A stretch of DNA of 64,000 nt, from contig MCFE01000255.1 in assembly GCA_002104905.1 (NCBI GenBank), positions 1 to 64,000 of the forward strand, in the 5' to 3' direction. This document shows positions 11,501-25,600 of this stretch, piece after piece (the stretch's first letter is position 1; every line of letters begins with the position of its first letter). The notes beneath the pieces were generated by a model. The model was not told the DNA's origin and searched no databases. It saw nothing but the letters and a program-made list of their open reading frames with translations. This stretch comes from Basidiobolus meristosporus CBS 931.73 (lineage: Eukaryota; Fungi; Basidiobolomycota). A program made the position numbers and the translations under genes.

Positions 11501-14500
11501 AAAGCGACGATATCTTGTTTACCTCTCCGAGATTCTCTATGGCTGCCTCGATGATCCGAAGAAGGTAGATAAGTATCGGATCCTCTTGCGTAGCCCCAAT
11601 GATGTTTAATTGTGAGCTTAATATACGAAGGGGATCAGCTCCAGCATGACTATGCTTCAGCAAGATGCGGATACAAAATGCCAGTTTGTTTACGACAGAA
11701 TCTTTCAGAAAATCCCTTTTCTCGGTATTGGCTAGGATGTCAATCAACACGCCGAGATCGTTGTGCGTTTGGTACTTCAATATGGTGGAATAGATTGGAT
11801 CGTCGCTGATATCCTGCTGGTAGGTAATCCTCAGTCGATCGAAATCGGCGTGCGTCAATTTGATATCGAGGAGATGATAAAATGAAAATATAGTTGTAAC
11901 TAGTTTCTTGGCATGCAAGTTGGAGCTGGAGTACGAGATTAAGGAGGGCAAAGCCCCGAGAAGATTAACAACTGCAACGATAGCCTATGTCAAATAGAGG
12001 TTACAGCTTAAATTACAACACAACCTGTAATGGATTTACGACTCTACCTGTCTTCCAACATTGAGGATACACATGTCATGCATTAATCTGATGAGTTGAT
12101 TTGCCTGTAGGTAATCGCCTTTGCTTATCAACACTGGTCTTTTGCCCTTCAAATCTGAATGTGCTACAAGCTGGGACACTAGACGAACAGCGTAGACTTG
12201 GTAGAGAAGCACAGTTACAAATTCCTCTACAGTAAACTGTAGCTTCCATCTTGAGTCACTGATCGATGTTGATTTGGGAATGTCAGTATGTTTAGAGTCA
12301 ACCGAGAAGCTTGGAGTTTCGGGAGTAGGTGAATACTCATGCTCATTGATCCACCCCCGACGATAATCCAAAATGCCAGGGCAGCCTTGAAGCTCTTGAC
12401 CATTAAACCAGCTGCACAGAAGATCACTAGGGTCAGGCCCGGGCTTTGTAAACGGGTCACCATTGGAAATCAGCGAATGAATCCAGACGCTGAATAGATG
12501 CTCGTTTCCTAGATCTGATCCCTCCAGCTCGTTCGAAAGATAAACAAGCCCTTGTTTCGTCTGCCACAGAGTTAAGCAAAGGTCGAAAAGACTTGGCAGG
12601 ATTTGCTCGCGCATAAGACGACTATGACTGTCACTAGAGACCAAGATATTGGTCACCAGCTTTATGATTTCATGAAAGCTAAGGTAGCGAAAATAGGATG
12701 CTTCCAAACTAAACTGTCTATCTTGTTCAAAACTTGCTGCATAAAACACTGCAGTGAGCTGCTGTACAGAATCGGTCAATCTCTTGATGGAACTGGGCTC
12801 AGCTGATATCGAATCCAAGGAGACATCGTGGGGAGTGTGATTGGAGGCTTGCCTGCTTTGATCGATGTCTTTCACAATACTGGATGCAACATCTCGAATA
12901 ACAGCACAATTTTCAAAAAACGCGATCTTCTCCACAATGTCCTTGGTCAGCTTCAAGGTTTTGGAAGGCAACTTCGATTCATAGATTAGCGGAGATATAT
13001 AAGTGCAGTAAAGTGACTCAGAAGCGGTCCTCTCATTGCCACCGGTGTACAATATATACTGAGCCACCAGTGGATTGTTCATGCATATCCCTGTTGCCTC
13101 GAGGATCTGAATTTTGAGATTCGTGCTAGCATTTGTGGAATGCAGTGGGTGCAACATGGTACGAATTAAGTTATGTTCCTTGGTTTAAATACGTGTTAGT
13201 ATGTGGTCAATAAGGGCCTTACACCTCGGATCTCACATATACTTACCAGAACCATCTTTGACAAGCCATCTTCGCACAAACAGAGCGTACAAATCAAATT
13301 TAGGCAGCACCGAAAGATAGGCAACGAAAACTGCAGGAAATGTTGGCGACGCTTCATACAATATTCCAAATGGAATCATACTTACTAAGCCTGAGGTAAT
13401 GCTCATCGAGTCGGATATCACATTCATCAAATTGGCAAGATCGTCTTCAATTGCAAGCATTGTTAGCATACTGTATGCTTAAATGGAAATCAAATCAACT
13501 CACCCTCAACTTGTACTCCATTCTTTCTGGCAAATATCAATGCGTCCTCTAGTAACTGATTGATTCGGTGAAGTAGCTGCTGGAGTAGCTTTGGTGGCTC
13601 ACTTCCTAGTGGTGAAGCGGTTGCACGTCGACGGGCGATCTCTGCTACCTCCGAAACCTGCTGCTTCAGCTCTATCCATGATTTTTGATGTGATCCCATC
13701 GCCGATGGATAGACTGGGTTTGTTGGTTTCTAGAATGAAATTACCACTCGGTTAGCTCACTAGACAAGATGTACTTGATGCACTTCAATAGACTCACAGG
13801 TTGGACTGAACTTGACGAGGCTTTTGAGTGAGCATTCCAGAGATTCTTCAGTGTTCCGTTTATTAGCGGATCAATGATACTTTGGTTGTGAAGCTTCTCG
13901 GTTAACGTAAGAATCTTTTTATGCAAGACTTGGGCTTCATTCAACTTGGATGCATGCAGCTTTAAGGGCTTGTAGCGACGAATAAGCTCGATAAATCCAC
14001 TTTCATCGTTTTCTAGTGCGTCAAAGTAAACGGGTTGGCTCGTGATTATACTCAAGGATTCGTAAGGGTATTTACCTAAAGCCACCGCACCGGAGCCTGT
14101 ATCTATCATCTGAAAAATTGGTCACATCTTCTGCTGGGAACAAAGCTTTCATGTTTACACGTACATTAACCAAGGAGTGAGGTTGGTTCGGCACGTAACC
14201 ATAAATACACAGCGTAAGAGCTTCAAATCTTCCTTTTACCAATAAAAAGCGCGTGGTAAACTTGAGGTAGAATTAGGAATACACGTTATGAAATATTGTA
14301 GAGCGTTGAGATCAATACCTCGAGCCCATAATCGAATTGACATCCCTGAATCCCAATGTCCTGCTCGTACTCAATGTCAAATGAATCAAGAGGCTGAATG
14401 TAGGATGTGTCTTCCCGAAAAATGGATAAACCACGCGTGTCCGTTGTTTTTTTGCACCGTACAGGTTTCTTGTGTATTAGTGTGTGAAAAGTAAAGCTAG

Positions 14501-14761
14501 AGGGTGAAGTAAGACTAATGAGATATTAATAAAAGCATGCCGTGAATGTATTAGAGTCCCCGGAATGTAATGCCTGTCTTACCCTTTGCGCTCGGCCGAG
14601 GGATTGTTGTGGAAAGGAGTAACCTCATGTGGAATGATTACCAGGTCCGTTAACGTAACGGTCTTTTGGAATTTAATGCAGTGTGTATAGTCGAGATCTT
14701 TGTTGTCGTGATGTTTAGGCGGCTTCAGGGTGTCGAAATATATTAGAGTTTTCTTCTCCAT
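8600..14761 (-). CDS. VIRMA: Virilizer/VIRMA homologue, scaffold of the mRNA m6A writer complex (about 9 exons, roughly 1800 aa)
   Basis: The first exons give LIYFDTLKP...CIKFQKTVTLTDLVIIP...FTTRFLLVKGRFEALTLCIYG, matching the VIR_N pattern as recalled (LLFLDTFKH..VVRFP..INEVRVIP..LVLRGWYNCLTLAIYG). A long helical middle follows. The C-terminal RKSNAARLPSVHVDEFV matches the conserved RPPSMHVDDFV motif, before a Pro/Gly-rich tail. Confidence 0.85.
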
Positions 14762-16461
14762 GATCTCTAGTTCAAGTCAGCTGGGCACGGAAGAGCACTT
14801 ATCCTGTTAACAACTTGCCGTCACTAGAGTCTTGAGGCTTGTAATGAGCAATGTATCACTTTTAACGAACAATACGATAAATATTTTCACCCAATATGCG
14901 CCAATCAACCTTAATGATAATTGTAACAGATCACCACGTTTTCGTGCCTATGTGAACGCATTTTGAAAGCTCGATTAGTTAAGGAAAATGATGAAATAAT
15001 CTACCAAAAACCACTAAATAGACTGGATTCATTTATTACCATAGATTACAATATACCTGACCCATAGATTATTATAACCTAGACAGCATTGGAATTTCCC
15101 AGGCTAAGCAGTGCTTCATAGACAACCATTGAATGGCTTGTACATAGTCACTATATATGTATCGTCCACCCGAACTATTTGTAAACCTTGCATTAGCATA
15201 GAATACTGAGTGGTCAGCCACCTCACCATAGGTGGACTAAGGTGCTGCATCAGATGCCTGATTAGGAACATGTTGTTGAGTTTTAGTGTTGACTCTTAGC
15301 TAGCATAGGCGACCCCCGGACTTCGACAGAGGATGCAGTGGGGCCAGAGAGCTGCAACTCCACATGAAATGACGAGCTGTAGCATCATCCTCAATGTATG
15401 CATATTAGGAAATGCGTGAATCTGCTCTAGCCGTTTGAATACGCCACTCCAGAAAAATAAAGGGAATTCTCAGGGGCAAAAGACCCCTTGTTCCACTTTT
15501 GGGTATTCCTAATATGGCTCGAGTTTGAGACAGCTCAATCAAGCTTTTCTCCAAGCATGTATTCAATTTGTTGCACTAGCGTGGTATTTATTGGCCGTGT
15601 TACCCGCATTCTGAGAACCATCCGAGTACTGGCTTTCCAAACAATACTGTGTGTGACCCACTCAATGGCATAACAACAATCACGGCTAGAATGTAGTGCT
15701 GCCAAGCTGGTTTCCATTTTGGAGGAGAGCTGTTCAATCAGATGTACTGACGCCAGACGCTGGCCCAATGGATGAATAGTGGTTCGTTCAATCCGAATCT
15801 TTCAATTGCTGGCCAGAGTAGATTGCGTGTTTTCTCACGAGATTCCAACTGGGAGCAGCCGGAGGTCGAGTTCTGAGCGCCGGCTCCAGAGCAACAATGC
15901 TCCAAATATAGCAAAAATTATCGCTTAAAACATGAGTAATGTAGGAAAGTTAATATGCTCAATAGCCTGCAATGACTATGACTACGCCTGAGCCCTCTCC
16001 GTTCGAATATCTGATGACTAGGTTTAGCATTCGCGCGAGATGGTTGGGTTTTGGGTGACGTCGTTGGGTTATCTACAGGCATGTATGGCCAATCGACTCG
16101 TGCATAGAGTGTTATTGAAGACGCTTGTCCCAAATAGCGCATTAATTATTGGTGACGGTTGCCCATGCTGGTGAAATTCATTACATCTCCTCCCCTTTAG
16201 CAGGATTACGCCCTAATAAATCGCCAATGTCAAACGATCACTCAAAAGAATAGTGAATATCTCGGAGTGCACACTGCATATGTTCCAGCATGGCTCGATC
16301 CTTATAACAAAGGGCTCGTATTTTTATTTTATAGTAGAGCCAGTAGAAAGTAACAGTAAGTGGTGTTGAAAAAGGAGAGCTTAGTTAAACAGTGAAAAGG
16401 GGAATCTGCCGAAACCAAGTGGATTATCCACATAAAGGTAAATAGATATCTTCGCTGATAT

Positions 16462-19400
16462 TTAAATAAGCTTCAAGCCGATAGTAGAAGCACCGATTTG
16501 GGAGATTTCACAAACAGAACAGAGTTTCCCATTGTACTCGGGTTTGTATGATGCCTTACAATACGGGCATTGGGCTGCTGGGCTGTTTTGGTAGATTGGT
16601 GTGTAGGAGTGAGCACAAATGGTGAAGGAGTTGTATTGATCGTAGTCAATTGGGATTTCATCGCGAGATGTCTGGTCACTGATGGTCTGAACCTTGCGAG
16701 CCTGTTGATATAACCGTATGTTAGTTAACATTGCTAAAAAGACGTGTTATTTACCTAAACTATACCTGGGTGGCTATTTGAGGAGGTGGAGCGAGTTCCA
16801 GTAGACGGCGAGCAAACATCGACGCAGAAAGACAATTCTTGGTCTTGAAACTCAGAGTCATGGCCGATCTTAAGCTAAGTTGTGAGTGAATCGGTTCCAA
16901 TTCACAGTGTGTAAAGTAGGCTGCTAGCTCAAGAGCACGCTTCACGTTCTCGGGCTCATCCAAAGAGAGCTCACGCCTTTCTTTCTCCATTGTGAGGCCT
17001 AGAAGATATTCGCGGCAGAAGCCAATCATCTTTTTGATTTCTTCGGCTTCCGATGGTTCAGATACAACCACAAACGCAAGAGAATGCAACAATGAGCGGA
17101 AGAGCTCGATTGCTTCTGGGAATTTACCGGCCGAAGTAGCCTTGTATGCATCACGTAACAAAGCGAGCAAATATTCCATATTATAAATGACTATTGGATG
17201 AACTTTGGAAAGCTGTGTTTCTTCCTCATTGCGACGGACTGGGACAGAAACCGATGGAAGCGATGGATTACAGGATAGAGAGGTGCGGCTAGCCTGATAG
17301 ATGGTCAAGAATTGAGATTTGAGTGGGGCAAAGTTAATGGCCCCGATCTGAGTGTGCATTAACTCCATTGCACTATCAAATGATCCAGCGGCTACATGAT
17401 CTGCAACCAACTGGGAGTTTTTACACCACAACTCAAATTCACTAAGTCCCGAGGATGGCATTACAAACTCAGCGGGATTTCCGCCGTTCAGCAAGTCAGT
17501 AGCATCGGTATCAAGCGTAAGATCAGCATCAAGATCCCATCCAGAGCCCTCAACAATCTCGTCATACTCTCCAATGTGCAATTGCTCAGTAGAGCCTATA
17601 AGACCATCGTCGTCTCCCCAGCCGTCATTGGTCTCGCCAATCTCAACATTGGCATCCACTTGATCTGCATTTGCGAGGCTTGCGAAAGCACTTTCAAACG
17701 GACTCTTGGAGATGCTTAGCACGGGCCAATTGGTGTCGCTCTTATTTATGACAGGAACGGCTGGTTGAAGGAGTTTACCCGAAGGAGGTGTCTCGGTAAT
17801 GTCTTCAGGGGATAAGCCTGCACCAGCAAGGATTTGGTTGGCTTGCTCCTCCAGGCCGTGGGATTTAGCAGTAAGATACGCAAGAGGATCTGCATTACGC
17901 TGGATTAATACATATGATCCTGAGATAGCTTTTGCTGAGTAGACTTACACTGGTCAACTTCTATAAGCATCTGTATTCTCTCCTGAATATCCCCGAGATA
18001 CAACGCATTTTGGAAACGTGACATCTGATCATTACGGTGCTCGGCAATCTTCATCATTTTGGCCAATTTGTCAGTGTTGCCGGTAGCCAAGTAGAGGAAA
18101 GACAAACGGTCATAATTTTTGACACGTTGGTAAGCCATCTCTACAATCTGCTGATTACCATGCTTCAATGCCTCGTGGCTCAAGCGATTCCAGCATTCTT
18201 CTTTATCCAAAACTTTCGCCGTCTCCAGCGCAACATCGAGATTACCGCACTCCAATGCTAGCTCAAAGCGGGTACGTTCATCCTGAACAAAGTGTAGGGC
18301 AATCTGCGAAAACAAATAAGCAACCGAAGGATTTGTTTGGACATTGAGGGTTTATCTTACCTCTGGATAGCCGATCTTTTGCAAATAAGCAATTACTGAT
18401 TGCCCAACAAGGTTTGAATGCTTGATTACGTGAAGAACTTCATCGTAGTTCTTGTTGATGAGTGCAAGCTTGAATCGGTACTCGGTAGGATCAATGGTGG
18501 TGACACGAGGCTTCGCTTCACGATCCAAAGAGTAGATGTTCTTTCCTTTAGCTCTGGTCAAATACAAAGGATGCTCGATGCTTCGGATGATTCCATTGTC
18601 ACTGTGTGATGAAGAATTGGTTAGTCTAGGATGACAAGGCAAAAATCGAAAATTCTCGGTCGAACCCTTGAGGCAAGAGGTATTTGATATGATTCAAAGT
18701 GGTGTAAAGGAAAACACCAGTATCATCAAAGACACCACTCTTGATGCGGATCGTTTCATGCACTTGGCATTTCTGGGTCAGATCCTTATTTGCCAAGGTA
18801 ATGGCTAATTATGCACAGTGTTAGAAATGAACACAAAGAAATCGCAGAGTGACTTTGAATTCATACTATGCTTGTTCAATAAAGCGACGGTAGTCATATC
18901 AGTGGACCAGTAAACATATTTAATGGCCTCGACATTGATCTCGGACATCGTCTGACGCTGTTGCATATCATAAAGAATCACGCTGGTAGGAGTAGCCAAA
19001 AGAAGGTTGCCGCCAGGTGCGTGGAAGATATCGACTACTGTGGTGGGAGGAGTGATGGTCTTGGTGGTGGCATTAGAGAGATCTCTAATAGTGATGGTCT
19101 TTGGGTATATTAGAATCAGAAGGCCCACAAAAATACAACCCATTAATGGTTACCTGTGTGGACTTGTCCAGAACGGCAAACCGGTTACGAGCAATAAATA
19201 TGGCTGACGACCCATTGCCACGCTTGGGTTCAACTCTCATAGGCTCACCCCCAGAGCTGTCTTTAGGCAGATTGAACAACTCATAAACACTGTTATCATT
19301 GTTGATCTTCGTTGCAAACCAACGTTAGTGATGCACGTTACGAAATTTATCGAAAGAGAATTTACCGTGGTGATGAGCACTGCATGTTCGGCTGGGTTGT

Positions 19401-20853
19401 AGGAGAGTGTGCGAGGCGAGACAAAGTTGTTGGATTTTGCAAAAGAAATAGCCGGTGTATCCACAGATTTAGTGAAGTCATAAATATTAACTTGATTCTC
19501 CTTGACATAGAACAAGGTGTTCTGATGAGTTGAGTAGGCCGGGCGCTCTCTCTCCAATTTGAACACAATGAATCCACTATCATGACCTGAAAGATGCCCA
19601 TTAACATATGAATCTCATATGGCATTACCGATCTACACCAAATACCTGCAGCCAATAGATTCAACTCCGGATGCGCACACAGAATCCAGAAGCGGTCGTG
19701 CTCTCTTCTAAAAGTTTGGACCAAGGTGCGCTTAGACATATCCCACACGCGAATGGATTTATCTTCACCATTAGAGACAAGAAGCTCCTGGCGAGGATGG
19801 AACACTACGCTGGATACATTGTTGAAATGGCCACGGCAGGTATCAACTTCCCAAGCCTTTGCATCTTTTCCGAGAGAAAATTAGGTTTGCACGTAATGAT
19901 GCTATGAGCCACTGCTGGATTTACAAACCATTATACCTCCAAAGTTTCACTTGTCTATCATCGCCACTGGAAACAATCAAGGGAAGATCGTTATGGAATG
20001 ATACCCAATTGACTCCTCGATCATGGCCTTCAAGAACAAACTTCACCATAGCATCAGTATTTCCAAAGACATCTTGAGAGTTTGTGCGGTTCATGGAATT
20101 TTCAAATGAAGAGCTAGGACCTGCACTCTTTTTGCACAACCCTTATGGAATAAGTGAGGATTAGAAGAAGTTCCGTGACGTGATGCGATTCATGTATTAT
20201 ACCAGAAATATCCCAGATTCTGACAGTTTGGTCTAAACTAGCTGAGGCAACCAAATTTTCCTTGGGATGGAACTGAGCGCACATGACGTAGTGATTGTGC
20301 CCAGTTAGCACCGCAATGCAAGCACGCGATTGCCAGTTCCAGATACGAATAGTTTGGTCATCTGAGGCGCTAATGATCCAAGGGTGTTCGTGGTGAAAAA
20401 ATACAGTTCTTATGTAGTCTAAGTGGCCGGTAAGAGTGAACATACAGCGTCTTGTTTTCAAGTTCCATACTTTGATTTTAGCATCATCCCCGCCAGAAAC
20501 AAACAATGGCTGGGTTGGATGAAAAGCCACCCCACGGACAGGGCCTAGAAATAGATAAAAAGGTCATCGAGTCTGTTCCATTTTGATATGGAAAAGAAAT
20601 AAATGAACTACCATCATGCTCTTCGAAACGCTCCACTAAAGTTCCCATTCTATAGTCCCAGAGTTGAACTGAACCATTATGAAGAGAAGTGAGAATCCAA
20701 GGTCGCTTAGGATGGAAGCTAAGGCCCTTCACGCGATTGCTTTTTGACTCGAACTATTTGTATAAGGTCGCATTGGCAGCATACTTTTAGAAGAATACCC
20801 TTGAGACTCAGTGGTAGGAATACGAAAATACAAACCTTCGTAAGCATCTGCAT
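16462..20853 (-). CDS. COP1: Coatomer subunit alpha (COPI), multi-exon
   Basis: 18-nt first exon MQMLTK spliced to [23 protein letters not shown]40 repeats ([32 protein letters not shown]), [21 protein letters not shown], and C-terminal CPYC...CSVC. Confidence 0.97.
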
Positions 20854-21393
20854 GTTAGACAAAGATGATAGCTTTTGATAGGAAAGGCTTTGCTAATAAA
20901 GAATGCTTTGCGTATAGCCATATCCTAAAATATCGGTTATGTCATGACCCAATGATGGCCTGTATACGATCATCATTTACGATCCAATTGGGTTTGAGAG
21001 AAATGAAGCGTCGTTATTATGAATTATGCTTTGAAGATTTCCAGTACTCGCCTACAACTACATTATCTATAATCATTTGATTGCGTAGAACTGGTTGATT
21101 TTCAAGCTATTTAGCATGTATATATTCCTAGTTGATTAATACTCTTTCATGGATATATTTATTTCTAAACATTTATCAAAGTCTACTTGTAGCATCATCT
21201 AAGTACCAAAAACGACATTAAGTACACAGTAAACGAAAACCCCCGGACACATCCTTAATCTTTGTATTAGTGTCTATAAAAAAGGCATCATATGATAGCC
21301 TACTTATATAACAGAAAGATGTCTGGAAGAGAGGTCGAAAACGAGGCGTTTTGACAACCAAAGGATGTAAGAATTTATATGCGGCATGTAAGG

Positions 21394-21938
21394 TTATTCG
21401 GAAGTAGCTTTCGTTTTTTGGTACAGATCCAAGAGACGCTTCAGACCCACTAACCATTTGCCTTCAGAATCAAATTCGGTAGTCATTAAATCGACGTGAA
21501 TCGATTGTGCTTTGGAGAACTCATCTTCCTCGATGGCTAACAAACAGGGATGAGAACCTGAAGTCTGAAAACATTGTGTATGACATACCTTTGATCATCA
21601 ATTCAAGTTGAACTAACAAAGCGGTGCTCAAAGAATCATTCTTCAACTTATCAAAAAGTAGGTTTAACCGCTTTTCAGTATCGTCCAACATTCTCTTTTG
21701 GTTAGCCTAGGAAAGAGTAAGACTAGGCAACAAATAATGAAAATCGTATTTTAAAGCTCACATTTCTTTCTTTACAGAACGATAGATAATCGTTTAGGTG
21801 TTTAAGTATAGCTTGCTCTTCAAGCTCGCGTTCCTTAATATCCAGGTTCTTCTTAAAGATAATATCGCTTGGATCGTTCCAATGACCAGTTGCTGCATGA
21901 CCTTCGCCACGGAAATCGCTGTAGACGGTTGTGCTCAT
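21394..21938 (-). CDS. Small stand-alone SRA1/Sec31 C-terminal domain protein (3 exons)
   Basis: Splicing by eye gives MSTTVYSDFRGEGHAATGHWNDP...CKERN | ANQKRMLDDTEKRLNLLFDKLKNDSLSTALLVQLELMIK | AIEEDEFSKAQSIHVDLMTTEFDSEGKWLVGLKRLLDLYQKTKATSE*. This matches the Sec31-C/SRA1 pattern KxLDDxxKRLxxLF...HxxL...WxxGxKRL. Confidence 0.78.
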
Positions 21939-22671
21939 GCTCAAAAATTCAAAGGTTTTCTATAGTAAATGAAAAGAAGAACAGCAATATTGTGGTCGAG
22001 GGTTCTTTTTAATGATTTGTTCACAATCCAATGGTTTGATAGATAGTGGTAAAAATAGTACTTATATATAGATAGAGTAATAATAGACACAACTCTCCAG
22101 TTCTGGAAAGGCTTAATAGTATTTGACGATTCGTAGATAACATAGCCCAAAGGTAAAATCAACAGTACAAAAATGAATCCAGTAAGAATGACACCTCATA
22201 GATTATTCCACGTTTCTTTTCTTTGACTCAAGATAGAAATGAAATCATTGTGATTTCGAGATTCATGGTAAATTAAGATAATTGATAGCTGGCTGCTAAA
22301 TTAGAGATATAAGTACCCTCAGGAACACAGGGGTATTAGGTGTAGTTATGATCATTTTGAATGATAAGGGAATTGAGAATGTCAAATACTGATAATTTTA
22401 GGAACTGATGGCGTATCGAATTCTGAAAATAGCGTGCAACCTAACTTGATCAGGAAATATTCACGAGTAGGTAGGTTTAAAATGATTAGTACGAGGACAG
22501 CATTGGAGATATTTCAGAAGACAGGAATTTAATTACCTTGTATTATAGTAGTCCTACCATTGCTTGATCTCTATATGCATGTATGCAAGGTTAAGTGAGG
22601 TATTTAAAGGATATTTAAAAGGTAGTTCGAAATGCGCAACTCGATTTTCAAGTATTAATCATCAAGTTTCA

Positions 22672-25600
22672 ATGAGTAAACGAAACGGTCGCAGGTTTGT
22701 CCCAATTTTGTCAATAAGATAGATCACTCCAAGTGTTTAAGTTGGTGAATTATTGAATATCAGTCCAAGATCCACGTCTTCCCAAAATACTTTATCGTAT
22801 ACATTAACAAGATCCTCTTCTTCACGTGGAGCCAACTCCTCCCGACCGCTCACTTCAGCATCAACCAAATCAAATAGTAACAAAGAATTAATAGTATGTT
22901 CGATAATAGAAGGGAGGGGGATTGCAAGTGAGATTGGAATGTGTTTATTCAATTTCAAGACTAGCGAATGCTTAATCTCTCAGGTTGTACCGGTATTACT
23001 TAATTACTGTATTGAATTTTAAACTAATATTGCTCAAGTTTGCTGATTCTCAAACATATGCCAAAGTTCTCTACAGATTTAATTTGTATCCTCCTGAGGA
23101 AGTTGACATGAATTCTTTGATTTGATTTGACTAAAGATTTTGCTCACATATTTCTTCGAGATTCTGATGTCTTCGACTGCAATCGATCCCGCCAAATCAA
23201 AACTATATAGCACCATAGAAGAGCATAACACTTACGCAGACATCCTTACTACCGAAAGAAAGAATTTTAGCGATATTTCAGGTATAGTGCTGTAGTGCTC
23301 TTGATATCTCATGTCAATTCTGGCGGTTGGTAATATTGGGATGCAGGGATTGCTTATATCAAACAGCTTAGCTTACCTGAGGATACTATAAATTTACTAC
23401 TATGTGTTTCTTCCAAGTAGGTTATGATCCACTTGATCGACAAGAATATGGTCTATTCACAAATCCTATATTATAGATACTACTGTCTTGCTGCAACTGC
23501 TGCGCTATTGAAGTATATTTTGAAGATTTTGGGAGTTTGTAACACATTTAAACTGAAATTTTGCTTTTCTCCCAGATATATAGAAAATAGCCGTGACATA
23601 TTTTTCACTCCTCAATCTATTAGATTCAAGTACGAAACATGTGAAAGTTTGTAGCTCTGTTTTATTTCTCTTCACTCTCAATTTTACGATTTATTTTGAT
23701 TTTAGAAACATTAATGATAGGTATGTCGATCCCTATACAATAACCGATGTCTAGGTTAATATAGAATCTACTCAGATGCCCTGACTGCTCGAAACCTTGA
23801 GCTGGTTACCAACATTCTTAATTCGAAGAATAACAACTCACTATACGGTTCGAACAGTATACTCTAAAAATCGATAATCTTCTAATATGGTAAATTAGGG
23901 ACTCTCAACCATACATCAACTCCCATGGGTGGTAGGTACGAATGTTCAGTAAATCTAGATATGCTAATCTTACATTTAGCCAGGATGTTAAAGATCAATG
24001 TTCTACAACCGCTTTTTGGTAAATTCATTAAAATTGATAAAACACTCAGAAGTGAAGATTCACCATATTGATTCAGATTCGGCTTCAATCAACATGAGGT
24101 TGGATGCAGTTGAAGGTGATGGCCAATTAATATACCATATACATATTGGATATGATTGACATGATTTCATAGAATTAATACACAACGAGGTCTTGCAATT
24201 ATCTAAGGCTGTGTTACCCACTAATATATCACTGATTTTTTTCAAAGGATATGTTCTTTGCGGTTCAAACTGGTTTGTTATTGACAACATATTGAATTTG
24301 TAATATTATCTAATTTCGGCCTTGTATAGCTTTGAAAAACTTTCCAGATGTGGACTATTTGATATCCTCGGTATCAGCGATAGTGATATTTGAATGGATC
24401 AAATAGAAATATTGATATTGTCTATGTAGATGGTCAAGATCCCACGAAAAATAAGTACCAAGTGTTCTGAACAAGGGATCACCAACATCTTGCTGTCAAA
24501 ACATATTCTCAAAGTGATCAAGCCCTTAAAAACAGCGCTTGAGCCGGGGAAGAACAGCTTGTTTACTACAGTCTTAAAGGTAACTCTATCTAATTAGTTC
24601 GGATTTTCTCATTAATGATCTTGGTTTAGATCTTGTCAGACACTAAGCTTGCTTTTCTCGAAGAACGGATTAACCTTGTTATAAATGAAGATATTTCATT
24701 TCAAAAAAATACGCTAGCTATGCGTAACTATCGTTGCTACGCTGTTAAAGTAAATAATCTCTGGGATCTTTCAAGCATCGTATTCTAACTCTAATGGATT
24801 AGGCTGGGTTTAATGGACTCTTGGACGTGGGTGAGTTGAAATTCTAAAGTCTGCTTCATCGGAGTTAGTCTTTACGCATTTATTTAGCCAGGCAGACATA
24901 TAAGGAAGCAACAAATGACGTTTATGAGCTAGTGAACAATTATAAAGGTATACTATTTTAGAGGACACCATGAATACAAATAGACTCATACAAACCACAA
25001 AGAAAAATATGGGATTGAGCTAAAGATCAATTTCAGCCACTCGATGGGATTCTTCCTGTCTGTTCAAGGAGATCAATTACCCGAAAATGAGCTACCCAGT
25101 ATCTTCATCAACGTTACACGTAAAAAAAAGCTTCTCGTATTCACATCAATGGAGCTTGTAAGGAGGATCTGTTATAATTGATCTCGACTTGCGTTAACAT
25201 TTTAAAGCTCAAATGGAATGAACGTATATCGAACTCTTTAACAGAAGTGTATCTTATGTCAGACAAGTAAGGGTTGATAATTGTGTTGAATATACGTGGC
25301 TGTTCCTTTCTCTTTCTCGAATAGGATAATTACCGAGCTTACAAATGAGATCTGTACACATATTTCAATACTATACAAAGTAGCCGAATCCATTGCCCTT
25401 GTGGATATGATGATGTCGTTTGCTTATTTATGCACCATATCCAACTACGGTATTACGATAGAGGAATCATATTTGAAATGAGGATACTAACTTCATCCTA
25501 GTCCGCCCAGAATTTACAAACACATTGGGAATTAAAAAAGGAAGGCATCCCATACAAGACTCTCTTTCGCTCACCGAAACCGTTTCAAATGATTGCTACG

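Noticed and set aside
15412-15876. Protein-looking + frame between VIRMA and alpha-COP
   Set aside because: 5 internal stops in 155 codons is close to random expectation, and no family was recognised.
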